Origin: Paragordius varius
Lineage: Eukaryota > Animalia > Nematomorpha
Direction of reading: 5' to 3'
DNA length: 64,000 nucleotides
Assembly: GCA_964247055.1 (NCBI GenBank)
Contig: OZ176055.1
Location: forward strand, 1 to 64,000
The position numbers and the translations under genes are program-made. Below, piece by piece: positions 35,770 through 52,330 of the stretch; within the stretch, counting starts at the first letter, position 1; each line of letters starts with the position of its first letter. The notes beneath the pieces are model-generated. The model did not search any database and had not been told where the DNA came from. It was given only the letters and a program-made list of their open reading frames with translations.

Positions 35770-38700
35770 TTCTTACCTGGAGCATTGAATGAAGGTGACA
35801 CAAAAGATGTCTTAATCATTAATACTATTTCATTTTGTAAAAAATATTCGCCCATTTTTATGTCAAAATTTATGTAATTTATATCTAAATTTTCAGAATA
35901 TTTTATTCGTTTTGTAATGAATAATACTAAAAAAGTATGAAAAAGCGACTGACTCTATCTTGTCGCCGACGTAAGTCACCGTAAATCTCTCGACATCAAC
36001 TTTATTTTTAGTATAAAAAAATGATTACTATAACATGGAAAATAATTTTTCAATTTGATTAATTAATGTAAAAATATTAACAAATGTTAAAGATATAAAA
36101 TTTAAATTAAAGAAAATGGATATAAATCACCGGGAACTTTAAACAATGAAAAAAATTAATTAGTCCTAAAATGTCCTTAAATATCCTTATTTTTAGGGGA
36201 GACTTTCTAGTTAGATGTTTTTTATTAAATTGCATTCTTTCTGAATTTGAAGTAAAATTTTATACGTGTGATGCGCACAACCGCTTATATTCACCAAAAA
36301 ATCATATTTTTACATCAGTTTTAATCAAATTTTTTTGGTATGCCTAAAAATTTTTTCATTATATCAGGTATTTTAACTAGAAAAACGTATTTTCTTTTAA
36401 GTTATTGATTTTAATTTTAAATAAAAGTAGATTGAAAAGGTCAAATTCATTATAAAACCGCTAGCTGTATTTATTTTCGCAGTTAAGTTTTAATAATCAT
36501 GACATAAATTATGACAATTAAAAATAGGGGCTTTCAATATTGTTAGGGTTGTTGGACGAATTCGGAAAGCGTTTAGAAAGGTATCATCTTTCCTGCTTTT
36601 GTAAAATATTATTTTCGTGATGAGGGAATTTCTCTGTTCTGTGACATTTGGAATTCTTATCACACCATTCTGTTGTTCAATAATTCCAATCTAAAAAATA
36701 TAGTGTTTCAAATTTAGGGAACACCATTTGTGAGTTTTATAAGATTCAATTTTTTGGATATATTTATGTCATTTAAATACAGAATCATTAAAGCACCAAA
36801 AAACAAGTTGAAGTAGTTCAAAAAAATTAAAGTTTTTGAATAAAACCGTTTTTGTGGTTTTGTTAAATTTTAATATGGTAAAATTATCTAAAAATTTCCA
36901 AATAAGGTTTTTAAAACTAATAACATTTTTAGAAGTACAGATTTACCTGATGCTTAAATAATTTGAAACATAAATATTTGAAAGCTTTAAAATAAATATC
37001 CATTAAAAAGCTTACGTGATGAGATAAAATTTTATATAATTATATACAGTAATAATTATACATTTATGGCCATTTAAATAAACATTTTTGATAACCGGTT
37101 CTTTTTGGAGTTTAACATGTTTAAATTTAGCAAAACGACAACACAGTTTATTTATTTTTTTTAACTTCAGCTGTTTCGATTTGTTTCATGTTTCATATCT
37201 CAATACAAACACATGCAAAATTTTTTAAGCCTTTTGTAATTTAGGCAAAAGTTATAGCCAATTAGTGAAAACGGTTGTTTTTATTTTTGGATTTTTGCAT
37301 TCATTTCTTGTATGGCGCTTCACCACCATTTTTCTCGATTCTGAAAGCTAATTATCGACTCTTTTGTAAAATGAGTCTCATAAAACGTACAAAAGGTACC
37401 CATTAACTTACTATGATATATGTATTAATTAAATTTTTTTACATAAAGTGTGGTTTTGTAATTTATATGTAAAACTAAACCCCTTGATTCAAATGTATGG
37501 CATAAGGTTTAAAATTTGTAAGAGTAACTGCATAAATTGTTGGGGCAATATTGGACCTGATAGTCAACGAAAGCTAAATGATAATATAATATATTATTAT
37601 TAGACTTACGATATTGAATATGGAAAAAATGTATAAGAAAACTCACGTTTGATTCAATTTTATAATTGATATTTTGTGGAACAAAGTTAAACAAAGTCAG
37701 AGTTAATGTATCATCTTTTATATCTGTTGTTTTGGCATTTATGTATTGGGCATATAACACGTTTTGATGGGAAATCAATGGAACATTTCTAAATATAACA
37801 TTTATACCGGTAGGTAATGTTTTATTTTTACAAATAAGTTAATTGATTTTTCTTTAGGATAAAGTTTTTAGGGACATAAGTAACATCAATCTCGCATTAT
37901 ATTTTTTCTGAATAAAAATCAAAGAAATTATCAGTTTTCTATAAATTATTAACCATCCATAAATTAATTTTTATAATATAAAAAACACTTCTGCCCATAA
38001 ATAAATTTTTATAATATAAAAAACACTTCTGCCATTTAAAATATATATACTATTTAAGGTAAAACTTTTTTGAAACAATATTTATAATAGTTTTCAAGTA
38101 AAATAGAACGAATCAGTAAAATCACTCCAATTTTTCCATAAGGGTTTGGTGAGCTCAATCAAAAGAGATGAGCCTTGTGCTAGGATATTCTTTTAACCTA
38201 TTGATGGCTCTGAATAGAACAATTTTACTTCAATTTTTTATAATTTGTATTTACCTACATAAAACTTCATTAAAGGTATTTTTTGGGTTTCCAAATAAGT
38301 AAATTTTTTACATTCTATGAATTTTGGCAGGCCCTTTTAAGAGAGCTAGTGCAAACTAGAAAAGTGATTCTTTTATAAAAGTTTTAAAAATACCAATTTA
38401 ATCTAACTTTATATCTCTGGATACGCTATAATAATTATAGTTTATAATGAAGTTTTTACAATAATTAAATCGTTTTTTACATTCCATTACCTTTTGGAGT
38501 AGTTTTATACCCAGAGCTGATTATCTTAAAAAGGATTCAAAGTGTTAAACCGAATTTAAAAATATGCCTTCTTTAGCCTTTTATGCGCATTAGACAAATT
38601 TTTTTAAAAAATGTAAAATTGTAAAAAGTCTCATCTCAACCTTTTGACGCCATTTTTTTCTATATTTTTTTAAATCGTTAGCGCAACAGACAAATATATT

Positions 38701-41340
38701 TATCTTATAGTTAGGAAATGGTAATAATTAATTTTAAAAAGCTTTCAAGCTACATCATACCAGCAAAAACTTGTTTTGTTTTAAATATCAGCTGTTCGTA
38801 TCAATCGTGTTTTGGGGCGGTCCCAATTTTAGAGTCTACAAGTCACACATATGTAAAAAATATCTTTTTTTAATTTATAAAACTGTAATTTATTCATAAA
38901 ATTGAGCTCTGGGCCATAAAACTACCCCAAAACTTAGACAAAAAAGTGAAAAGGTAATGAAGTGTTAACTAAATGTTATAAAAGTGTGAAATACAAGTGT
39001 AAATTCTATCTATAGTAAATTTTATATTTGTACAGTAAAAATTAAATTTATACGGACTAAATGTAAAAATATAGAGACAAAATTTTTTTTCAAAAGACAA
39101 CCATACTTTTTTAACACTTGGACAACACACTCATTTAAGTCCTTCGATTCAAATTGGGGTAGTTGGATACCCCAGGCCTGTTTAAAATCAAATACTTTGA
39201 AAAGTATGGAAGGAATCGAAACAATGGCAAAATTTTGCACTTATATAACATTAATAAACCGAAATATATAAAAAATTTTATTTAAAAATACTTGATATTA
39301 CTTATTTTGAGCTAAAACCGAAAGGTAAAAATTTCGTCAACGTGACATATGTCAAATTTTAAAATTAAAAAATAATACAAAATAAAACGCTTTTTCTTCT
39401 ATAAATGTTAGATTTAATTTATATAAATAAATAGCTTTAGTTTTACCCTTAAAATTAAATAAAGACGATATTTTGCAAAAATTTTGTAAAATAAAAATGG
39501 CGTCGAATTAGTTTGAGATGGAACTTTTTTTTCAAAACAAAATTAAAATTTTTTGGCATATTTATATAATATTTATCAGGATAGAAGCATAAATTTAAAT
39601 TGGGACCGTTTCCTTTAGTAGTTTTTTAAAAATTTTAATTTGAAATTAGTCTGGGGTATTTAGATACCCCAATTTGAATCGAAGTGTTAATAATTTATCT
39701 TATAAAAAATATTCAATTACAACTTAAAATACACAATTGATTGTGTCACCAATTTACATTTCTATATTATAATTTCAGTTTAAAATACTGAGTTATATTT
39801 AAAAAATCAAGATTAAGTATGGTTGTCTTTTTGAAAAAAAATATTAGTCTTCATATTTTCAGTTTGTCCGTATAATATCAATTGTAATTAAATAGTATAT
39901 ATATATCGAAAAAATTCGGTATTAATCAGTTTTTAATAAAAAGTCAGTCTTCATGTTTTTACGTTTTTTCTGTATAATTTCAATTTTTACTGTATTATTG
40001 TTAGAATTTACAGCTTCTACAATAAAAAGACTAATCTAAACGATTGTCGCATAATTAAGTTGACTCGGGCACACGAAGAAGAGGGCCACAAGGTTTCATA
40101 AAACTGTGACAAAGTTACCTTATTTTGCCTTATCTAATAATGAGTTATTTAAATTGCTCTAAGGGTTGTTCTGATATTTACCGTTAGATAATTACTAATT
40201 TTCCATGTATTTTTTATTATGAAACCAGTTTTTACATTTTTTCGATATTAGTTTTACTTGTGTACAGTATTTTGCAGTTCATAATTGTAAATGCCAGGTC
40301 TTAGACTGCAACAAATGAAATCATTGACATAAAGTATTACATCTGCGAAAATAAAATGAAAAATTCGTGAGTTGATTGCAAAAAAATAATATTAAAAAAT
40401 AAAACCTTTCCCGAGGAATTTTGTATAATCAACACCTATTATAAATAAATTAAATAAATATAAATGATTATCAATTTTATGCATTTAAAGTATACCGGAT
40501 TCTGATGTTTTGTCTTCTCTACAATTTTTCAAGATAATATTTACATTTTTGACAATATTATAATTCTCAAGGTCAGTTGTTTCAGCAAACTCTGTTTTAT
40601 AGTATAAATGGGCGAGCGATGCATTGGGTTTAATTGGAATCGGAATTTGAAAAAATGTTGCATTCAAGGAGGATTCCTCTTCGTACAGCAAAAATAGATT
40701 TGTGCCATATCTATCCATCATCACGATTATCTAAATTTTGAATATCATATGAAACTTTTATGTATATATTTTAAACCAGAGATAAGTATCGAAACCGTTT
40801 TTAGCCCCGGTTTTTAATTTATTGCCGTGATAATAGTTCGTAATAAAAAAACGGTTTAAAACAGGGTCCAATATGTAATAAATTAGATACTTTTATATAG
40901 TCTTCAGGAAACAAAGTTCGTACTTCATTCAAATACAATTGCCAACAAATGGATGAACTTTTATTTCTTGACATTTGGTGACATAAATGTGGAATTTCTA
41001 TGGGCTGTTTTAACTCAATATAAGCCTAATTGAGATATATACAAAGCGATATATTTGATTGTATTAACGATATACATCTCTATTTATTGCAATCTAAAAG
41101 ATGAGTTACATACAAATAAATCAATTTGAAAAAAATATTATAAAAATCCTTGTCCATATAATTTCAATTTTTACTGTAGACATATATATATGGTAAATAC
41201 CTGAGCCCCAGTTTCATATAAAAAGGTGAAATCTGTTTGAGTTAAGCCATTTAAATCCATCCACAGCTCAGTTCGTGTCGAATTTATTCTTTTACGAGAA
41301 AGGACGTAAGGACTAACCCCTATCACGGATCCTTGCTCAA
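35770..41340 (-). CDS. Probable multi-exon gene of unknown function (extracellular glycoprotein-like); extent uncertain
   Basis: Four GT-AG exons join in compatible phase: ...FLYETGAQ (ends 41201) | PIEIPHLCHQ...EDYIK (41004-~40891) | IIVMMDRYG...SES (40730-40496) | DVILYVNDFICCSLRPG (from ~40340). Further open candidate exons lie at ~40135-40030, ~38190-38090, ~37790-37510, ~36690-36500 and ~35820-35775. Many N-x-S/T sequons. No family recognised. Confidence 0.5.
39033..39992. mobile_element. Family-T MITE carrying a nested family-P MITE
   Basis: TA|CAGTAAAAATTAAATTTATACGGAC at 39031, family-T right-arm sequence at ~39815-39885, and a second TIR end at ~39960-39992. Confidence 0.65.
39115..39686. 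mobile_element. piggyBac-like MITE (family P), intact copy
   Basis: TTAA|CACTTGG ... GAATCGAAGTG|TTAA, 572 bp. Confidence 0.9.
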
Positions 41341-42024
41341 GTTTTAAATATAATAAATGGTTAAATTTGTGCCTATAATACAAAGTATATTTCATAATTA
41401 ATATATATTTAACCATGAAACAAAAGCAACGATTTAATATACAGGCCAAACGGAAACATAAAGACAAATAGTTTTTTCCAAAAGACCACATCTTTTTCAC
41501 TCAATTTTTTAATATTCATTGTTTTAACAGCAAGTATGAAATAAAGATGGATATTGGTAGTATTCGATTGTTTTAAATATTTGTCTTTATATTTTTACGC
41601 TTTGTCTAAATTTCTTTAAACCTATACGCATTTTTGAGACTTAATAAGGTTAAGAGATTTTATAAGCAAATAGTATAATGTCTGGGATTCTCATTGCAAA
41701 AATGGAATCGAAACTTTATTTTTTTTTCAACAAGATAAAAAAAACTTAATTATTATACCGTATTGCTTGAAATCAAAGTTATTCAGTTGAAATATATTAA
41801 TTAATTTAGATATTCATCATAAATTATTCTATCGATCTGAATATTTATTTTATCCCCAAATATAACATCAATACACTTCTAAAATATTGTAACATAAAAC
41901 AACAAAGCATATAACTATTGGAATTTACCATCTGCCCCGTTTTTTATATTTAATTGAAAGGGTGAATTTCTTTTTATAATAAAATCTAGATAAACATAAT
42001 TTTAAAAAGTGTTATTGTTTAAAA

Positions 42025-42316
42025 CAGGAATGTCCAAAGCAAATGGCTTCGCGGGCCGCACTTTAAAATCGAAAAAGGGCGGGCTGTATAAGCAAAATAT
42101 ATGGGCATCAACAAATATTTTCTCAAATTATAAACATAAAACTGTAAAAACTACTATTTATCTTAACATTTTTTGCTAGTTCAATGCCGAAATTCAGGAG
42201 GATTTATTCAGAAAATTTGTTTATGAAATTTATGCTTAGATTTCGTTAAATTATTTTTTTAACAATTCTCACGGGCTGCAAAAACTTTTTAAAAGGCCGT
42301 GCGTTGGACACCCCTG
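42025..42316. mobile_element. hAT/Charlie-type MITE
   Basis: TIRs CAGGAATGTCCAA / TTGGACACCCCTG, with subterminal GCGGGCCGCA-type motifs. The flanking 8-mers GTTTAAAA and GTTTATAG look like a decayed 8-bp TSD. Confidence 0.6.
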
Positions 42317-43798
42317 GTTTATAGTGTTTAACCTTGGATAAAAACTGGATAAATTGTGGAAATTTCCAGATTGGATATTGCACAAATCGTTTTGATTTAG
42401 CGAATTTGAACGATGGCGTCTGCTGGGTGCAAATTTTTCTAACATGGGATCTAACAGAGTAAAAATTACAATTTTCACAAAAAATTAAATATAATGTATC
42501 ATACCAAGAAAAAATCCATTTTTGATAATAATTATCAATTCTAGTAATATAGTTAAAAACATGTTTTGATTAAAATTAAATAATATGGAAAATAAGCAAA
42601 GGCAGGCTATCCTAAGTTCAATCAAATCGAATCGATCAAAATAAATAAATTAAAAATATTAAGGTTTTATAAAATAATTGTTAATTGGTAAAATGGTAAT
42701 GTTTGACCTAATGCTATTATTAGTAACAAAAAAATAATCGCTGTGTACTAATAAAAACCCCTACTGAGCTGTTAAATAGGGAAAATACCATTTATACATT
42801 TTAATATGGTTAAGTAAGGCTTATGTACATGGTTTGAAAATCAAAAAGGTGAATGCTAAATGATATTATATTTATATTTCACTGAAAGGCTAATTTTTTA
42901 GACCTCTCTATATTGGGCTTGTATGCCTAAAACTAATGCTAATATGGCCAGATCGCAGGAGAAAAAAATTTAAATATACTAAATTATGCCATAAAAAGTG
43001 TTCTTATTTTGATCATGGTGAAAAGATATGAAAACATTATTATTATAATATATATTTTTCATAAAATCGAATAATCCTAAACATTTCTATTACCTCAATA
43101 TTTTTAATTTGGATCTTTTGTAAAACACAACAAACTAATATGAAATGTTTAGCATCATTAATTGTAGTTTTAAAATATCTGAAAGCGTTTTTATATCGTT
43201 TCCGCTATGCCTATTTATAGTACCAAAAATCTCATATTTTTGGATATCTTTAAAATGGGCTATTTTTTCACAACTAAGTCAAAAATGTCCAGATTTGGCA
43301 ATAAAATTTTTATATGCTGGATTACATGTGCACACAATCCAGTTTAATACAATAAACAATCGTGATAAAATTTATATTCTGATAGATGTATGTATCAGAA
43401 TTTCCATAGTTATATTGGTTTTGGGCCTTACTAGCGATATAAAAAAGTTATTTAACTTTTGTGGTAAGTGCTCCATATCAGAAATGGCAAAATTAGTACA
43501 CATTTTATTTATTTATATTTTTTGGTGGAAGCTAAATACTCCCTTCCAAAAGATATCACTAAAATATTTAATAAATATAAAAAATAAGACATTGATATAA
43601 AACTTAAATTTTAAATGTGGCCTCAAAGCTCAAATTTTTGATCTTTTCTAAAATAAGTAAATCCAAAAATTTGTGATAATAATTTTCAATTCGTGACTGA
43701 AATTTTGGCAAGAGATTTATATGATAATTTAAAGCATGATGAAAACGGCATAAAAAATTTCACGTTATTATAAAAGCATTTACTGCTTTTTGATTTAA

Positions 43799-44354
43799 CA
43801 CTTGGATACAAAACATTCATTTCAGTCCTTCGAAATTGGGGTAGTTAGATATCCCAGGCCTGTTTAAAAATAAATTCTTTAAAAAATATAGAAGGAATTG
43901 AAACTATGGCAAATTTTTGCACTTATGTAACGTTAATAAACCGAAATATATAAAAAATTTAAATCAATACCTGATATTACTTATTTTAAGTTAAAACCGA
44001 AAGGTAAAAAATTTGTCAACGTGACATATGTGAAATGAAAAATTGAAAAATAATACAAGATAAACCGCTTTTTCTATTTCCCTCAATGTTAGAAATTTAA
44101 ATAACCAATAAGCTACAAATTTACCTTTTATATTAAATGGAGACGATATTTTGCAAAAAAAATTGTAAAATAAAAATGGCGTCGAAGTAGTTTGACATGG
44201 AACTTTTTTTAAATCAAACTTTTATTAAGATAATTTGGCATATTTTTAATTATTAAGGATGGAAGCAATTTAAATTGGGACCGTTTCCTTAATTTAAAAA
44301 TTCTAACTTAAATTTAGCCTGGGTCATTTAGGTAACCCAATTTAAATCGAAGTT
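43799..44354. mobile_element. piggyBac-like MITE (family P)
   Basis: TTAA|CACTTGGATACAAAAC ... AAATCGAAGTT|TTAA. Confidence 0.85.
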
Positions 44355-44710
44355 TTAAAAATGGGTTGTCCTCAAAACGAAAATTATTATTTGTTAAAAA
44401 CACAACTAATATGTAACCAAATACGTAGACTGTGTATTTTCCAAAACTTTTCTAAAATTTAGGGAATATTATATTAATTTTTATGCTAAAATGTTCAGCA
44501 TTATCGAATTATTTATAATAATGTCTATCTCCAACAAGCATGAAGTGCGCTTCTTTTGATAAAAACTTAAAGAAGGTCATTTTTAATAATTTTTTTGGAT
44601 GCCATACACTCTAAATTGGAGGGGCATAAAAAAGTAGTAAATGTTTTTTTTAAAAAACAAATGCGTTATTCCTAAAAATATCATAAAAATATATATACTA
44701 TTATAATTAA

Positions 44711-45292
44711 CACTTGGATACAACACATTCATTTTAGTCCTTCGATTCAAATTGCGGTAGTTAAATATCCCAGGCCTGTTTAAAATTAAATTCTTCAAAA
44801 AATATAAAAGGAATCGAAATCATGGCAAAATTGTGCACTTATATAACATTAATAAACCGAAATATATAAAAAAATTTATTTAAAAATACTTGATATAACT
44901 TATTTTTAGCTAAAACCGAGAGGTAGAAATTTCGTCAACGTGACATGTGTGGAATGGTAAAATTGAAAAATACTACGGAATAAACCGCTTTTTCTATTTC
45001 TATTAATGTTAGATGAGATTTAAATAAAAAATAGCTTTAATTTTACTTTTAAAATTAAATGAAGACGATATTTTGCAAAAATTTTGTAAAATAAAAATGG
45101 CGTCGAAGTAGTTTGACATGGAACTTTTTTTTCAAAACAAAATTTTATTTAGATATTTTGGCATATATATATAATTTTTATTAGGATAGAAGCATAAATT
45201 TAAATTGGGACCGTTTCCTTCAGTAGTTTTTTAAAAAATCAAAACTCAAATTTAGTCTGGGGTATTTAGATACCCCAAATTGAATCGAAGTG
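44711..45292. mobile_element. piggyBac-like MITE (family P), intact copy
   Basis: TTAA|CACTTGGATACAACAC ... GAATCGAAGTG|TTAA, 582 bp. Confidence 0.9.
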
Positions 45293-46239
45293 TTAAAGGC
45301 GAAACAATATTTTTAAAAATATGGCTCTGAGAGTCTAAAATTTTTCGCCCTTCTAATGTAATCTTTAAATCGGAAAAATGCAGATTTTGCGATAGTTTTT
45401 TTTGAAAAGCGAGATTGTGGCATCATATTTGCAATGCACATTTTCAAAAAGCGTCTTGATGGAAACGGTTGAAAAACGCTTTAAGATTTAAAAATACTCC
45501 TTTTACATTATTCAACGAGGATAAACATTTCAATTACCTCTGTATTTGATCAATAAAATTTTTGTTATATATAAATTTTTCAAGAATCCGACAAAGTTAA
45601 AAGCAAACGAGTCTTTGAATTATAATTAATTTGTAGATATAGAATTGAGTTTTATAGAAGTTGTTATAACTTAAAATCTTTTTATACCGTATCTACCATG
45701 CTTCGAAATACTTTAATCGCTTCATTACATGCTAATTAAATTGTTAAAACAAAGTATCCATTTTTTGAAATACTATATATTTAATTTTGTTTATTTAGAA
45801 GGGAGAAATTGACTTTTGGAGCCCACATCTAAATACTAAAATTTCTTAAAAATAATATGCCTTTCGTATATAACTTTTGGAATGAAGCAATTAGCTTTCA
45901 CCAAATAATTTACAAAATCTGCGCAAATTTTGCCATTTTCAAATATGGGGGAGTTACCATAAAAGTGTAAATAATTTTTCTAAGTATTTGTAAGTACATA
46001 ACCAAAAGCATCATATACATTTTCTATAAGAATATGTTATTTCAACAGAATATTATTATATTTTTACCTAGTACATATGGCTTATTTTATGGGTGTGATA
46101 TATCATCACATCATACGATAATAATATGGTTTTAAATTGCGCGAATTTTCAATATCAAAAATAAAATTCGTCTGTTTTACGAAAATGACAGATATGGCTT
46201 TAATATAACATTATATTTTTATACATTAATTTGATTTTA

Positions 46240-49104
<2,865 letters not shown>

Positions 49105-49360
49105 TTTATTATCTACAATCAATGTGCAAATGCTGACAATGAAACATAATAAAAATAAACTACCACAGTGTTGACAATGTATTAACAGTGTTAAAATATG
49201 TGAGAGAGATTCATATTAGGAGTTTGTAATATTTTTGTCATGACCAGATAATACAATTGGGGGAGAAAGTAGTATATACATATTATTAAGTAGTTATAAA
49301 TATAAATGACATGTCTACACATTATTCTATCAACATTTTGTGTTAAAAAGGTGTTGGTTA

Positions 49361-51139
49361 TTAAGTTAATGGCAATATATCTTGCATAACGCTTAAAGCT
49401 TTGCGATATCTTTGGTTGAAAGCGTAAACATATCTGTGCATGCTGTAATCAGTAGTGTAAGCTGAGCAATCCATGTCATACCCTTTATTACAGGTTCTGT
49501 AATGATGTAACAACCAATAATTGGGATTGCCGTTTTCAGGCACGATAGGCTCATACGTCTGTTTACTCATGTGATGAATGCCCTGTTCAAACATTAATTT
49601 TGGGGCAATGAGGCATTTGGTACGAATGCGACTAGATAGGGCGGTCCGCTTATTCTGCCCAAATATGGTGCCTGGAATGCTGTAAATCCCATTGGCAATA
49701 GAATCGGGTAGGGATGGAACTTGAGACCCCAAAAAGCGTTCAAAGAAAGCACTTTGAATCTTAATTCCGGCACTTTTGTGGGGCCAAGAACCATTACCAA
49801 ATGCTAAAATGGTTTGTTGCCATGTGCGTGTCGCTAAAGGAACAATGTATTCATCGACATCGTTGAAAGCAAGGATGTCGTATTCATACATGTTCCTATA
49901 ATGACAATCTGCTATACTAAGGCTTTGTCCATAATTCCAAATCCCGGAATTTTCTGCGTCTGAAACAAAGGTCGTGATGGACCAGTGTAATAAAGTAACT
50001 CGACCTAACGTCTCATATCGCTGGAGAATGGAAATGTAAGGAAACATTTCTGCGTCAAAAGACATTAGGTAAAAGAATATGTGTTCAGCACCCAATAAAA
50101 AAGACATTTCGACAAATTGAATCAAAGAGTATGGATTTATTGTTCCGTATAAAGGCGGAACGCAGATGGCAGCTTTTAATTCCATGTTGTGTGCCAAATC
50201 GAACGGTAATGGTAAACTCATAATATAATTACTTTGATTGATCACATTATGAAATCCTGTCTTTTCCGACAGCAAAAGCTTTGTATGTTTTTGGTATGGT
50301 TGTTTGTTTAATGCATAAATTTTGTATAAAAGAGATTTCCCTGAAATCCAATCCTTTGGTAATTGTATTGGCAATTCAACAAATGCTCTGTCTACATTAT
50401 TCTTAATTGCAGATGAAAGCTTTATTGTATAAAAACGAGAAGATGGAATAGACAAAGAAAATATTGCATTATTATTAATGTTGAGAGATTCGTTGTTAAT
50501 ATTACGTTTAGAGTTTCTGTTCGTTGAAGTGGAAAAACTTTTGTTTGTAGCAAAATTATATAAAAATGGTTGAAATATTTGTCGAGATACTATTTCAGGC
50601 ACCAGACAAGAGAGATAAAAAGATCCCCATTGTTTATTGTGATTTTCGCATGTTTCGTAAAGTTTTGCCTTGACCGTTAAAGTTTGTTGAGAATCAGAAT
50701 ATAGATAAAAATGACATTGATAGTCGTGAGATTCGGTTTTGATACTTTTAACATTAAAGATAAAGTTGTGAAAAAATGTTCTTTTTAAAATAAATATTCT
50801 AATGTAATGATTTAAAAATATTTGAGATTCGGATGGTACAACATAACGATCATCCCAATAACCGGAATATACATATGTCTTTGGATCTAATCTGATAAAA
50901 TTGTTTTCAAATGTTTTATTTTGCAAATTTTCTTTCGTGTGTAGCTCATCTGTTTTGTTATCCTTTGAGTATGAGAATGTAATAGGAGATGTGATAGAAA
51001 CTTTGGATATGAATGCATAATTATTTATTAAATAACTAATGGGATATTGTCCGACAATGTAAAAAAGTATAGAGCCGATTATCAAATACGATATCACAGA
51101 GAAGAGCAATATTACAGAATAAATATATTTTACAAACAT
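49361..51139 (-). CDS. Glycosyltransferase family 92 (DUF23, galt-1-like) type II membrane protein, 592 aa, single exon
   Basis: N-terminal TM anchor, then AICVPPLYG, FVEMSFLLGAEHIFFY, YGQSLSIADCHYR, AFNDVDEYIVP (DxD), KCLIAP...GIHH and LLHHYR motifs typical of GT92. Confidence 0.85.
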   Translation of the reverse strand: MFVKYIYSVILLFSVISYLIIGSILFYIVGQYPISYLINNYAFISKVSITSPITFSYSKDNKTDELHTKENLQNKTFENNFIRLDPKTYVYSGYWDDRYVVPSESQIFLNHYIRIFILKRTFFHNFIFNVKSIKTESHDYQCHFYLYSDSQQTLTVKAKLYETCENHNKQWGSFYLSCLVPEIVSRQIFQPFLYNFATNKSFSTSTNRNSKRNINNESLNINNNAIFSLSIPSSRFYTIKLSSAIKNNVDRAFVELPIQLPKDWISGKSLLYKIYALNKQPYQKHTKLLLSEKTGFHNVINQSNYIMSLPLPFDLAHNMELKAAICVPPLYGTINPYSLIQFVEMSFLLGAEHIFFYLMSFDAEMFPYISILQRYETLGRVTLLHWSITTFVSDAENSGIWNYGQSLSIADCHYRNMYEYDILAFNDVDEYIVPLATRTWQQTILAFGNGSWPHKSAGIKIQSAFFERFLGSQVPSLPDSIANGIYSIPGTIFGQNKRTALSSRIRTKCLIAPKLMFEQGIHHMSKQTYEPIVPENGNPNYWLLHHYRTCNKGYDMDCSAYTTDYSMHRYVYAFNQRYRKALSVMQDILPLT

Positions 51140-51341
51140 TCATGGAAACATGTTATAAAAAAATAAACATACAATGAATATTTTTTAATATAATAATATG
51201 AGTACATTTTTACCCATAAATAACCAGTCCCTGTATACATTGAGTAAAATTCAAAAATCTTTTACTTTAAAAAATTTTAAAATATTTTTATTACTGTAAG
51301 TGCAATTATATTTTTGCTCCATATATTTTTTCAATATTCTA

Positions 51342-52330
51342 ACCAAATTAGCTATATTAACACTTCGATTCAAATTGGGGGATCTAAATACCCCAGACTA
51401 AATTTAAATTAGTTTTTTTAAAAAACTACTGAAGGAAACTGTCCCAAATTAAATTTATGCTTCTATCGTAATAAAAATTATATAAATAAGCCAAAATATC
51501 TTAAAATTTTGTTTTGAAAAAGAAGTTCCATGTCAAACTACTTGGACGCCATTTTTATTTTACAAAATTTTGGAAAAATATCGTCTTCTTTTAATTTTAA
51601 GGGTAAAATTAAAGATAAATTTTAATTTAAATTACATCTAATAATGGAATTAGAAAGAGTGGTTTATTTTGTATTATTTTTTGATTTAATATTCACATAT
51701 GTCACGTTGACGAAATTTTTACCTTTCGGTTTCAGCTTATAATAAGTAATATCAAGTCTTTTTGAATAAAATTTTATATAAATTTCGGTTTTTTAATGTT
51801 ATATATGTGCAAAATTTGCCATGGTTTCGATTCCTTTCATACTTTTTAAAGTATTTGATTTTAAACAGGCCGGGGGTATCCAACTGCCCCAATTTAAATC
51901 GAAGGACTAAAATGAGTCTGTTGTATCCAAGTGTTAAAAGCGATGGTTTACCCCGTTGCTTTTTACGGGTATGAATCATGGGTGTGTAAATCCACTGAAA
52001 AAGCCCGCACAAATGAGTTGCTGCCAGGAATTTTTGGGCATATACTGGAAAGCCCACATCTTTAATACATATATACCAAACTCCCACCAACCAGAATTTT
52101 TACTTTATGATCTGGTATTCTACAATCAATTAAATATCTAGGCCACATCCTTCGATTCCCTGGATAATTATCCTCTTGGATTGGCCGATGTCGCAAAAGA
52201 GGGTGTTTTAAAAAGCGGTTTTTCGTTATCATTTCAGTTCTTACCTTCTTTCCCAAATAATTCGAAAGTCCTAAGGTCGTTTGGAATGGAAAACACTATT
52301 TAAGAAAGCAAAGAGTCCCTACTCAACTAG
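51342..52330 (+). pseudogene. RTE/BovB-like LINE 3' fragment, split by a family-P MITE
   Basis: Removing the MITE (51361-51933) and one TTAA gives TKLAILKAMVYPVAFYGYESW. Downstream, across a frameshift, is LKYLGHILR. Both match RTE-clade motifs TK..LVKAMVFPV.MYGCESW and L.YFGH..R. Confidence 0.75.
51361..51933. mobile_element. piggyBac-like MITE (family P)
   Basis: TTAA|CACTTCGATTCAAATTGGGG ... TTGTATCCAAGTG|TTAA. Confidence 0.9.

Noticed and set aside
37957-38035. 41-bp tandem duplication
   Set aside because: Real but an ordinary slippage event in AT-rich DNA, with only two units.
43145-43600. 151-aa plus-strand ORF
   Set aside because: Low-complexity F/I/L/K composition, and it overlaps a dispersed repeat related to ~14900-15240.
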